Assembly (NCBI GenBank): GCA_964019335.1
Contig: OZ025654.1
Location: 1 to 64,000 of the forward strand
Reading direction: 5' to 3'
DNA length: 64,000 nt
Origin: Diplonema japonicum
Lineage: Eukaryota > Protista > Euglenozoa: Diplonemea
Shown here piece after piece: positions 1 to 9,410 of the stretch. The stretch's first letter is position 1. Each line of letters starts with the position of its first letter. The translations under genes and the position numbers were made by a program. The notes beneath the pieces are model-generated. The model did no database searches. It saw nothing but the letters and a program-made list of their open reading frames with translations, and was not told the DNA's origin.

Positions 1-719
1 GGGTTTGCGGGTTTGCGGGTTTGCGGGTTTGCGGGTTTGCGGGTTTGCGGGTTTGCGGGTTTGCGGGTTTGCGGGTTTGCGGGTTTGCGGGTTTGCGGGT
101 TTGCGGGTTTGCGGGTTTGCGGGTTTGCGGGTTTGCGGGTTTGCGGGTTTGCGGGTTTGCGGGTTTGCGGGTTTGCGGGTTTGCGGGTTTGCGGTTTGCG
201 GGTTTGCGGGTTTGCGGGTTTGCGGGTTTGCGGGTTTGCGGGTTTGCGGGTTTGCGGGTTTGCGGGTTTGCGGGTTTGCGGGTTTGCGGGTTTGCGGGTT
301 TGCGGGTTTGCGGGTTTGCGGGTTTGCGGGTTTGCGGGTTTGCGGGTTTGCGGGTTTGCGGGTTTGCGGGTTTGCGGGTTTGCGGGTTTGCGGGTTTGCG
401 GGTTTGCGGGTTTGCGGGTTTGCGGGTTTGCGGGTTTGCGGGTTTGCGGGTTTGCGGGTTTGCGGGTTTGCGGGTTTGCGGGTTTGCGGGTTTGCGGGTT
501 TGCGGGTTTGCGGGTTTGCGGGTTTGCGGGTTTGCGGGTTTGCGGGTTTGCGGGTTTGCGGGTTTGCGGGTTTGCGGGTTTGCGGGTTTGCGGGTTTGCG
601 GGTTTGCGGGTTTGCGGGTTTGCGGGTTTGCGGGTTTGCGGGTTTGCGGGTTTGCGGGTTTGCGGGTTTGCGGGTTTGCGGGTTTGCGGGTTTGCGGGTT
701 TGCGGGTTTGCGGGTTTGC
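1..719 (+). repeat. Tandem octamer array (GGGTTTGC)n, about 90 units; telomere-like or satellite; may extend beyond the window
   Basis: Near-perfect 8-bp period from position 1 to 719, with one 7-bp variant unit (GGTTTGC) near 193. The array ends abruptly at ...gggtttgc|agagccc. Confidence 0.97.
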
Positions 720-759
720 AGAGCCCCCACATGGACCTCACCCTTACCACCTCTCACGG

Positions 760-1075
760 GGCCGGCATGGCTCCACACCCATGTGCGCCGAGGGCACCGC
801 TATCCTGATGGGGTTGAAGGAGGCTGCGGAGGTGTACAAAACGGTCGTGAACCTGAGGGGCCGCCCTCTCTACCTGCTGACCGACTCACAGACGATGCTG
901 CGGAGGCTCGCTGGAGGCCCCGGACAGCAGAGGGAGTCCACGGACAGACGGATCTGGGATGCCGCTTCCTGGCTCAGGGCCAAACGCTCTGGTGATGTGC
1001 ACTTCTGGTACATCCCCTCCCACTGCGGTGTGACGGGGAACGAGCTCGCCGACGGAGCGGCCAGGGACGGGCCCA
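760..1075 (+). mobile_element. RNase H fragment of an Ingi/L1Tc-like non-LTR retrotransposon
   Basis: C-terminal part of the 13..1128 frame reads AEGTAILMGL...LLTDSQTML...GPGQQ...IW...VHFWYIPSHCGVTGNELADGAAR. These are the RNase HI E, TDS and H-x-G-x-x-GNE-x-AD motifs. The N-terminal YTDGS motif is missing. Confidence 0.8.
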
Positions 1076-1962
1076 TTTACAAACTCAGGTTGATGGCTCT
1101 TTCTGTTGTTCAAAGGAGAGCTGGATGACGCTTCCGTGCTGTCTTCAAAACTGTTGAGTTTTCCCACTCCTTCATCCTGGAGGCAGGACTGGGGTAGGTA
1201 GGGGCGATAGTTATGGAGATTGCAGAGGATGCGGTTGAAAGAGGCGAAAAGGGGGTCGGGGAGGGAGGCGACTTCGAGGACAGACTCAGCGGAGGCGAGG
1301 TCGAAGCGGGACAGGGAGCTGGAGATCTGCTCGGCGGCCGTGATAACCTTGTTCATCTTGCTGCCACGAGTGAAGTAGAAGTCTAGGAGGAAGATCACAC
1401 TGGAGTCAGCAGCAAGTTGAAAATTCAACATGAAGTTCTGCTTGCAGGGAAGCTCAGCACAATTCACTTTTTCGAAACGGTATTCTTGGCTACTTAAGAA
1501 GAAGAGGTCGAAAAGCCCAAAGTGGAGGGTGCTTTCGAAGGCAACAACAACAAACCATGTGTGGAGCATGGCGATGAGGTTCGTGGAGACACGTGAGGGC
1601 AGCTTGCATACAAGGCAGCAATCGATCAATATCACGAACAATGGCCACCTCCTGTTCCCAGACATTGTCACAATTGAATTAAGGTCTGCAATACAAAACG
1701 CAAAACCCAAAAAGTAACAACCAGCCTCAATGAGTCCAAGCCGTACCTTCTTTTCTATCAGAAGAAGCAGCCCCATGGCTGTCATGAGTACCATCGCCGA
1801 AATGTTCAATAATACTTGCAAGAAGGTGCTCATGGCTGATATTAAGCTCCAACCGTAAAGCAAATCAATTGCAAACACTCCAGATATAACTATCTTCTTA
1901 GTAAATACTGTTGTGGCGTCATCGGTCGGCAAGATGACGCGCAGGAACTGGGCGCATTTCAT
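1076..1962 (-). pseudogene. Truncated multi-TM receptor adenylate cyclase-like gene (N-terminal TM region and linker only)
   Basis: Homologous to the N-termini at 55.5-62.5 kb (LIDCCLVCKL, FGLFDLFFL, LDFYFTRG, SLSRFDL, YRPYLP). It has a ~9-codon deletion after FTRG and no catalytic domain. The 3' end is replaced by the antisense RNase H fragment. Confidence 0.8.
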
Positions 1963-2017
1963 TACCTGTGTGCATAATAATAACGGGGCTAGTTTCTGAA
2001 ACGTGCTAAAATATTAA

Positions 2018-2890
2018 CTCATAAAAGACGGCTGTTTTTGGTCTAAAAGTCAATTTGAATTTTTCGTTCTGATTCAAAAATAAAATGGCAAGGGTGGAGT
2101 TCTAGCCATATTATTTTCACTAACCCCAGTTCTGGAGCGCAAAGCAACCTGCAAGACGAGCCCAACCTTTGGTAGAGCAGCATTCAAGAAAAACAACTCT
2201 TGCAAGGACACATGCTATCCGGAGGTTCCATGGTTTCGGCAGGCAGCTTATTCAACGTGTCCAGGGTGGGCTGGTTATTTCGTTCTCACCGCTTAAGGCC
2301 GTTCTTTGGGGGGCAGGGTCCGAGGTACCGCAGATATACGACTTGGCCAATTTTCACGTATTTTCATTCAAGAGGTTTCAGGTGGTTTTTAATTTCCGGG
2401 TTTTCCTAATGGTCTCCATGCAGTGGAAACCCACTTTGCAAATCCGTATCATAAATGGGAGAAGCGAAAAGAGTTGTCAAAGACAATCCAGTAACTCTAG
2501 TGCTGATAATCGGAGCTCTACCTCTTTCCCCCGAGTGCCCGCGCCGGTATACACAATCATGTTTAGAGTGTAACTGGTGTCTGATTCGCAACATGCGAAC
2601 ATTTTGAACCCATAACGCTTCCTCTTCGGCTCATAAATGAATCGACACGGCTTCTGCAGCGTAGGTGAAAAACAACTCAAAGGACAAGCCCCCTACTGGA
2701 GGGCCACTCTATCAAAAACAAAGGAAAGACCTCCAGCCCGTTGAAACCCACTATCGGTACGTCTGGACCTGGTACTTTGCGAAATATTTTCCACCTTCTC
2801 GATTTTGTAGTAAAAGGAAGGACCCGCAAGATCCTGACCCTCTTATCGCACAAAAAATACTTCGGTGAAACGGGTCAGAAGGGAATCGCA
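2018..2890 (-). mobile_element. Degenerate piggyBac (PGBD) transposase relic
   Basis: Minus-strand pieces YEPKRKRYGFKMFACCESDTSYTLNMIVYTG, VFDNSF (DN.F catalytic motif) and CMETIRK (GTIRK-like), then Cys-rich remnants, lie in shifting frames. A possible terminus sits at TTAA 2014-2017. Confidence 0.7.
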
Positions 2891-2903
2891 TTTGTTATAA
2901 AAT

Positions 2904-2943
2904 TTGATAAATTTCGGTGTGCGGGTGGGTGCTCACCGTTCAG
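2904..2943 (-). repeat. LINE 3'-end stem-loop motif, copy A (inside the element)
   Basis: Minus strand CGGTG-A-GC-ACCCACCC-GC-A-CACCG-AAATTTATCAA, just downstream of the RT stop codon. Confidence 0.85.
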
Positions 2944-5649
2944 GGAGAAATTCACACTAATCGGTCACCGTTCTGCGGTTGCTGTCTGGTGCCTGCGGTG
3001 GCTGTTTGTCGCGATGAGATGGACGGCATCTGGGCGAGAAACATTGCTTGGAGTCGTGCTAGGTAGGGGGCGGTTTGGCTCGAGGAGAAGAGTGGTCTCC
3101 TGTCGTAGCCGTGTGTCGTCGGGCCCCCAAGATGTCGAAGGGTGTGTACCCTTGTCTTTGCGTTGGCGGGGAAAGCATTCTTCCCACTCTTTGCTGTGCA
3201 TTTCTGAATACGTCCTAAGATGTATCGCATCCTTCCAGCCTTCTCTGTGAGCCAGTCCTGGTCGTCGAGGGGTCCAGCCAAGGACTGCCGGGTGGCCTGC
3301 TCATAGTCTACTGCGAGCTCCATCGTCGTGACGGACGTCAACTTCCTACCTGCGTACCATCTTAGGCTTTTCAGCCACCTGAGGACGCTCTTCATGTAGA
3401 ACATTAGGACCTTTCCCGACGCTCCGTTCGATTTCAACAGCTCCACTGTGGGCACAGTGTGCTGCTTCCCCGTTGTGATCTCATCCCACGGGTTGGTGGT
3501 GAGGATTCTGGTGCTCCGTTCAGCCGCTCTGGCGTCTCGTCTTGTCACTACATCCAACAGGTATCGTTGCACGACTGCCGCCTGTTGCTTCGCAGCCCCC
3601 GTTGCGCCTCTTGGAATGATCCCGTGGAGGGCGGTCACTGCAGGTAGGTCACTTCGTGTCATCCCGCCATATCTTTCGTTTGTCAGGGCAGCTCTCGCTG
3701 GTGCACATTCCCATAGGGCGTGCTCCGTGACTTCTGTCGTCGTCTGGCATCGATGGTCGCAGACGTCGCACGCAAGAGACGAGCTTTCCACACCCTCACG
3801 TTCATCCAATTGCTTCCCCCACACTCGAGGGTGTACCGTGAACACTGCACCGCTGATGATCCGCCGCAGTCTGTACGATATCAGCGGTCTCCGTGACTGG
3901 AGCTTCCTCCACCAGGCGTTCGTGGACGGACATGCACCCGCTTCCATTCCAGCAAAAGACGACCTGCCGTGGATCAATTCCTTTGCAACAGCCGGTCTGA
4001 TCGCCTGTCTTACTTCATGGCGTCTCGCACTGGGCACCAGAGCGCGCAAACCTTCAATGAAGGACCACCCCTTGTTCAGGAAGGGTAGCCACCTCTTCAG
4101 CAAGACCCCTAGCGGCCCCCTCTCCTCGTCGTCCTCTCGCTCCCGGTACAGTGTAACAATCTCATTGACTCGCTGCCACAGTTGTGGGGAGGTGAGGCTT
4201 TCTCGCACCAGGCAGTTCACCGTGTTGTAAACAATCTTCGCTTGTGGATATGCTGTGTGTCCAGGTAACAGCACATTGAGCACAGCCATCGGGGATCTCA
4301 TCCTGAAGCGCGGTCCCCACAGGGAAGTCACCGTCGCTGTACAGAGCTTCTTCAGCTGGTTGTCAGACGGCGCAGCGTAGGTCGTACCGTATAGACAGGA
4401 TGGTAGCACAGTGCCCGTCAGCATTGACGCCTTGTTCCCGAAGCTTAATGGCAATGCACCAAGCCGGGACAAACGGCCTTCGGCGGAATGTAGCTTGTCC
4501 AAACTATGTTTCCCGTTCATGTTCAGGATCACGCCAAGCGCCTTGATCCCCTTCGTCACTCTGAACGATGAGCCTGTGCACTTCAACCAAGGGCCGATCT
4601 CATCCTTCGTCGAGAATGCTTGTGACTTGTTTTCGTTAAGGCGCATGCCTGTCCGCTCGCAAAACTCGATTGTTTTGTTGGTCGCTCTCTTGAGTACCTC
4701 GACCAAACGCGCAAGTAGGTACGCGTCGTCCGCGTACGACAGCGATCGCGAGCCAGGTACCTCAGCAATCACGCACTTCACCATCACTGACACCAGAGCG
4801 TTCACCAGGATGACGGAGATTGGACACCCTTGGAGAATTCCATTTGTCACGTGGAACTCGGAACCCACGCCAGTAGGGAAGCGGAAACGTCTTTTGAGGC
4901 CTGCGTACATCGCTTTGAGCGGGGTCAGTATCCTCTGGTGCAAACCCAGGTCTTGCATAAGCCCGAACGCTACTTTCTGTGGCACCCTGTCGAAGCACTT
5001 GACGAAGTCCAGTGCTATGCCGTTAAGAGGGGTGTTGGTCAGCATCGCCGTCTCCAGCTGCGTGCTGAGCTCCATCAGGATGCTGTCCGTCCCGTGACGT
5101 GGTCGAAAACCATGCTGCGAGTCGTCCGCCCATTTCTCTTGCCATGGCGATATATCACGCAACCTGGCACAGGCCCACAGTCTGTAGACCGCACTCGTGA
5201 CTGTGATGGGGCGGTGGTTGAGCGGAGTCCTCTCGCCTCCCTTCGGGATCAGCGTAACCAACGCCGTCAGGAGTGCCTTCGGCCACTTCCCTGTCACCTC
5301 GATGGCGTTGAAGAGCATCGCCCACGCATCCAACAATACATTTGGCATAGCGCGAAGTTCTGCCATCCTCCACCCATCAACTCCCGGTGCTGTCCTCGTC
5401 GATTTCTTGGCCAGAACTGCTCTCAGATCAGCCCCTGTCAGTGGCTGGAGCACCATGTCATGCGTCGAGATGTATGGCCCGTATCTAGCCTTGAAGGCCT
5501 CGTACGATGGTTCTTCATGCCCTTCACCGTACATCTGGAGCACGCCGTCCCATTCCGCGTGCATCATCCTGTCCATCTCGTCGAGGTCTGCGGTCAGCAC
5601 TCCGCCGCTCTCCACTGCCTGCGCCGCTGACGTAGAAGTGTTTTTCACA
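2904..5649 (-). mobile_element. 5'-truncated non-LTR retrotransposon (LINE) with 9-bp target-site duplication
   Basis: TTATAAAAT flanks both ends (2895-2903 and 5650-5658). The interior is GC-rich and carries the RT ORF, followed by a short 3' UTR with a stem-loop. Confidence 0.85.
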
Positions 5650-5666
5650 TTATAAAATGTATTCAT
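2952..5666 (-). CDS. Non-LTR reverse transcriptase with C-terminal CCHC zinc knuckle; endonuclease absent; ATG supplied by flanking DNA
   Basis: APGVDG, HRPITV, QHGFRP, LDFVKCFDRVP, GILQGCPIS, SYADD, GMRLNENKS, KALGV, and CDVC...EHALWEC. The frame is open for 904 aa. Confidence 0.9.
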   Translation of the reverse strand: MNTFYNVKNTSTSAAQAVESGGVLTADLDEMDRMMHAEWDGVLQMYGEGHEEPSYEAFKARYGPYISTHDMVLQPLTGADLRAVLAKKSTRTAPGVDGWRMAELRAMPNVLLDAWAMLFNAIEVTGKWPKALLTALVTLIPKGGERTPLNHRPITVTSAVYRLWACARLRDISPWQEKWADDSQHGFRPRHGTDSILMELSTQLETAMLTNTPLNGIALDFVKCFDRVPQKVAFGLMQDLGLHQRILTPLKAMYAGLKRRFRFPTGVGSEFHVTNGILQGCPISVILVNALVSVMVKCVIAEVPGSRSLSYADDAYLLARLVEVLKRATNKTIEFCERTGMRLNENKSQAFSTKDEIGPWLKCTGSSFRVTKGIKALGVILNMNGKHSLDKLHSAEGRLSRLGALPLSFGNKASMLTGTVLPSCLYGTTYAAPSDNQLKKLCTATVTSLWGPRFRMRSPMAVLNVLLPGHTAYPQAKIVYNTVNCLVRESLTSPQLWQRVNEIVTLYREREDDEERGPLGVLLKRWLPFLNKGWSFIEGLRALVPSARRHEVRQAIRPAVAKELIHGRSSFAGMEAGACPSTNAWWRKLQSRRPLISYRLRRIISGAVFTVHPRVWGKQLDEREGVESSSLACDVCDHRCQTTTEVTEHALWECAPARAALTNERYGGMTRSDLPAVTALHGIIPRGATGAAKQQAAVVQRYLLDVVTRRDARAAERSTRILTTNPWDEITTGKQHTVPTVELLKSNGASGKVLMFYMKSVLRWLKSLRWYAGRKLTSVTTMELAVDYEQATRQSLAGPLDDQDWLTEKAGRMRYILGRIQKCTAKSGKNAFPANAKTRVHTLRHLGGPTTHGYDRRPLFSSSQTAPYLARLQAMFLAQMPSISSRQTATAGTRQQPQNGDRLV

Positions 5667-5768
5667 ACAATTGGTAAATTAGAAGAAACATTGATTTGAA
5701 GAAGGCTAAAGGAGTTAGTCACGTAAATCGAAGTTGTCGAGGGCGGAATAGGAAAGTGTCTTTCGCGG

Positions 5769-6716
5769 CTATCGCTCGGAATGATGGATGTGAGTGATGC
5801 TGCCTAGCTCCACGTCCAGAACGTGCTTCTCTGTGAGAGCTCTGTTTCGTAATCTGTCTACAAGTCCCACGATATCGTTAAATAAACTGAAAGCACTTGC
5901 CCCCACAAGAATTCCGAACCACCCGAAGAGGCTGCCCATGAGCTCGAACTCACCCTGTCCCTTGTTGTGCTGGATCTTCCGTATTGTGAACGATGATGGG
6001 CTCAGCAGTACCTGGAAGTGATTGCGCTTGAAGGGGTATTGCGTCATTCCAAATGTGGTGGTGTTCTTTGCGTTTTCTTCATTAGTAAAGAACTCCTGTT
6101 CCAAACCGAAGGACAAGTGTGCTGACTGCCCGAAGCCCACAAAGGTCAAGGACCCGACATGCTTGGGATTAAAGCTGGTGTCGTTTAGGAGTGCATCAAC
6201 AACAGAATGGTCACCGATAGGTACTACAACCTGCCAATAGCCAGAAACGTACGTAATGGGGTCTACAGTGGTGTTGTTCCCAGAGCCGAGTGGGGTACAC
6301 TCATTCAGGTTAGCTTTTGTTCTGTACTCTCTAAACACCAACTTGTATTCTAACCTCAAAATATCGGTAGGTCTCAAGAACCGCACGCCAAGAGACAACA
6401 GCTTTCTGGAATCCAAGAGATGAAAATACTCACCTACCTCATCTTGTTTCTTCACTACAGCAGACGAACAGTCAATGTACGTACGTATGCCATCAGAAAA
6501 TGCACAAATCTTTAACTCGTAAACGCAGTCAGTGAGCGTCTCAGTGTCAACATAGAGACTTGGGGGGTCCAGATAGCTCGCATCTGCAGCCTCATATGCC
6601 ACAGTCTCCTTTCTTCTATGGAAATGCTCGTTTCCAAGCCTCACTGTGACGTAAACAACACCGGCCCACAGCAGGCACAACACAAGGGTCCTCAGGAGAA
6701 TAACCCGTTTATGCAT
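5769..6716 (-). CDS. DEG/ENaC/ASIC-like two-TM ion channel, paralogue 1
   Basis: N-terminal TM, YLDPPSLYV (FPAVTIC-like position), extracellular loop, then TM2 ELMGSLFGWFGILVGASAFSLF with the GAS motif. First ATG is at 6716; the ORF track starts at a GTG right after an AG. Confidence 0.7.
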   Translation of the reverse strand: MHKRVILLRTLVLCLLWAGVVYVTVRLGNEHFHRRKETVAYEAADASYLDPPSLYVDTETLTDCVYELKICAFSDGIRTYIDCSSAVVKKQDEVGEYFHLLDSRKLLSLGVRFLRPTDILRLEYKLVFREYRTKANLNECTPLGSGNNTTVDPITYVSGYWQVVVPIGDHSVVDALLNDTSFNPKHVGSLTFVGFGQSAHLSFGLEQEFFTNEENAKNTTTFGMTQYPFKRNHFQVLLSPSSFTIRKIQHNKGQGEFELMGSLFGWFGILVGASAFSLFNDIVGLVDRLRNRALTEKHVLDVELGSITHIHHSER

Positions 6717-6993
6717 AATATTGAAGCGAACCACCTGAGAGTGCTGTGAATAACAAGAAGAAGAAGAATGCCTTTGGTTGTTCTAGCAAAAATAATGAAC
6801 CGAATAAGAGTAACAACATATATAAGTAAACGGAGGTATAGGAGTAAGAAACAACCGAAGCACCGCAGCCTGCAATTCCTTCGACCACCAGCTGGCGGTG
6901 CCATCATTTGCTAGACGCTAGAAGAAAGGAACAAAAAGTGAGAGAAACGAAATTAATTGCGAATTGCGAGCCGAAGTGAGGCGGAAGGGTAAG

Positions 6994-8028
6994 CTAAACA
7001 AATGTCGATCGGGTATAAGCTTCGGGTGGCTCCTTCTGGTTCTCTACGTCCAGAAGGTGCTTTTCCATCAGAGCTCCCCTCCGAGCCCTCTCTACAAACC
7101 CGACGATATCGTTAAATAAACTGAAAGCACTTGCCCCCACAAGTATTCCGAACCACCCGAAGAGGCTGCCCAAGAGCTCGAACTCACTCTGTCCCTTGTT
7201 GTGCTGGATCTTCCGTATTGTGAACGACGATGGGCTCAGCAGTACCTGGAAGTGATTGCGCCTGAAGGGGTATTGCGTCATTCCAAATGTGGTGGTGTTC
7301 TTCACTTTCTCTCCATTAGTAAAGGATTCCTGTTCCAAACCGAAGGACAAGTGCGCTGACTGTCCAAAGCCCACAAAGGTCAAGGACCCGATGCGCTTGG
7401 GGTCATAGCTGGTATCGTTTAGGAGTGCATCAACAATAGAAAGGTCACCGATAGGTATTACAATCTGCCAGTAGCCAGGCACATACAGCACAGGATCCAT
7501 CCCTGCTGACTCTACGGGTGCTGTCTCTTCAGGTGCATCCTGTCGTGAACCGTTCAAGAGCGTGCACTCACTAAGCTCTGCCTTGGTGTTGTTCTCTCTG
7601 AACACCAACATAAATTCTAACCTCAGAATATCGGTGGGTGTGAAGAACCGTATGCCAAGGGACAGCAGCTTCCTGGAGTCCAAGATGTGAACAGACTCGC
7701 CTGAATCTCCACTAAACTTTGTAACAGCCGACGAACAGTTGACGCCGCTAGAAAATGTACAAACGTTCAGCACAAAGACGCAATCAGTGAGCGTCTCGGT
7801 GTCGACATAAAGGCTGGGGGGGTCTAAGTAATCGACATTCACGGCTTCAAGGGCAACGGTCTCCTTTTTCCTGTCTTGGTACTCGTTTCCGAGCCTCACT
7901 ACAACATAAACAACACCTGCCCACAGCAGGCACAGCATGAGGGTCCTCAGGAGGATGATGCCTTTCCGCCAATGCCTCTCGCTCCTTTCAAGATCACAGG
8001 TAACGTCGCTGGCATTGTCACTTATCAT
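6994..8028 (-). CDS. DEG/ENaC/ASIC-like two-TM ion channel, paralogue 2
   Basis: Tandem paralogue of 5769-6716 with the same TM1 and TM2 ELLGSLFGWFGILVGASAFSLF. Confidence 0.7.
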   Translation of the reverse strand: MISDNASDVTCDLERSERHWRKGIILLRTLMLCLLWAGVVYVVVRLGNEYQDRKKETVALEAVNVDYLDPPSLYVDTETLTDCVFVLNVCTFSSGVNCSSAVTKFSGDSGESVHILDSRKLLSLGIRFFTPTDILRLEFMLVFRENNTKAELSECTLLNGSRQDAPEETAPVESAGMDPVLYVPGYWQIVIPIGDLSIVDALLNDTSYDPKRIGSLTFVGFGQSAHLSFGLEQESFTNGEKVKNTTTFGMTQYPFRRNHFQVLLSPSSFTIRKIQHNKGQSEFELLGSLFGWFGILVGASAFSLFNDIVGFVERARRGALMEKHLLDVENQKEPPEAYTRSTFV

Positions 8029-8100
8029 TTCCTAATAACGAAAAAAATATAAAAATACTAGCAATAAAAGCGAGTAAAAAGAAGGGGAAATTAAAACCCT

Positions 8101-9189
8101 TTACACGAGGCGTCGCTTCTTGCTGAGCAGCAAGTCGCAACCCTTCAAGCTTAGGGGACCTAAAGAGGACGTTGTTAAATGAGGAGGGAGACGCAAGTCG
8201 TAGAGGACAGAACACATCTCAAGGCATGAGTGCCCCACGTCGGAAAGAGCAGAGAGTCCCTGCATGTCCAGACATGTCATAGAAGAGCACGACGAAAAAA
8301 AGCAGGAGCCTACTGATATTAACCCCGGTGAGCTGGCAAAAGACACTTCGTGCAAACCACGGCAGCCCTGCATGAAGTCTCCCCCTATCTCCCTCAAGCA
8401 CGACAAGGGAGTTAGGTCGATACTGATAAGGGACGAGCAGTACGACAAGAAACCACTTGGCACCTTTTGTAGACCATTAAGGAAAGTCAGGTCGACTTCC
8501 CAGATACCCGAACAATCGAAGAGAAAATCAATGCCAATTGTTCCCACGGTGGCACTGGGGGTGCAGAGGGACTGTAGGCTAACGCAGGCACATAGAAAGC
8601 TATCTCCAATTTGGCGCAGGTTGTGCATGCTCCGCAAGTCAAGCGACGTGATGTCGTTGCAGCCCATGAGGAAGTTGCACCCGATACGAGTGACGGCAGT
8701 GAGGGTTGTCAAGTCGATAGTATCTAGCTGTGCAAAGTCGAGAAAGCAGTCTGCTAAAGAAAGTACCTGCTGCATGGGATCAATTATCTTGAGGTGGCGA
8801 AGACCGGGAGGGAGAACCGTACTGGGGAGGGAGAGGACCCCACGATCGTCAGGATACACAACAAGCAACAGTGTGAGTGTTGAGCAGTCTCGCAGTAGCT
8901 TCGTCAGCTCTTCGCGTCGCTCTTTCAGTTCTTCGATGCCATTCACATTTATGTCACTCCTCTTCTGCACTGTCACTTTCGCATCTTCTGTAATACCCAG
9001 TTTGCTCAATACTTCTTTGCTGTCCACCACCGTACCTTCGAAAACGATTTCATAACGCCCGCTCACGAGCCCCCATGCCTTCTCTGCCTCCTGTGCTATT
9101 CTCTGTGCTGTGTCAGCTTCACCAATTTCAAAATTCAGTTCTTCCTCAGTGTGTCCATTTACCACAAACAGCGACATCCCCTTCGACAT
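8101..9189 (-). CDS. Ubiquitin-like N-terminal domain plus leucine-rich repeat protein
   Basis: Ubl-like head (LFVVNG...DTAQRI...IVFEGTVV...LGITEDAKVTV) followed by ~24-aa LRRs of the form L..IG..FL..C..L..IDL. Start is uncertain (ATG at 9189 or 9177). Confidence 0.8.
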   Translation of the reverse strand: MSKGMSLFVVNGHTEEELNFEIGEADTAQRIAQEAEKAWGLVSGRYEIVFEGTVVDSKEVLSKLGITEDAKVTVQKRSDINVNGIEELKERREELTKLLRDCSTLTLLLVVYPDDRGVLSLPSTVLPPGLRHLKIIDPMQQVLSLADCFLDFAQLDTIDLTTLTAVTRIGCNFLMGCNDITSLDLRSMHNLRQIGDSFLCACVSLQSLCTPSATVGTIGIDFLFDCSGIWEVDLTFLNGLQKVPSGFLSYCSSLISIDLTPLSCLREIGGDFMQGCRGLHEVSFASSPGLISVGSCFFSSCSSMTCLDMQGLSALSDVGHSCLEMCSVLYDLRLPPHLTTSSLGPLSLKGCDLLLSKKRRLV

Positions 9190-9410
9190 TGAAACCTTCG
9201 TCACGCCTGTCACTTGAGTATCATATCATAGCAACAACGGTGAAAATGATTTTCTTTTTATAACATAAAGCATACCAACGAATGTTAGAAAAAAAAAAAC
9301 TATTCCACCATTCACGATATTACGATATTATATTGTTGCTTTCTGCAAAGAAACAGAAGAAAGAAGGGGGGACTCAAATAAAACTCGACACAAAAATGAA
9401 ACGTGAAAAA

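Noticed and set aside
1-719. Canonical telomere call
   Set aside because: The G-rich strand points inward and the unit is not TTAGGG; I also cannot tell whether the window starts at a contig end.
5-720. (RVCGFAGL)n ORFs in all three + frames
   Set aside because: A by-product of a stop-free 8-bp repeat; there is no ATG and no sign of coding.
2952-5666. Retron, DGR or group II intron RT
   Set aside because: LINE-type motifs, zinc knuckle, TSD and a poly(A)-tailed sibling copy; no TR/VR pair with adenine-specific differences was seen.
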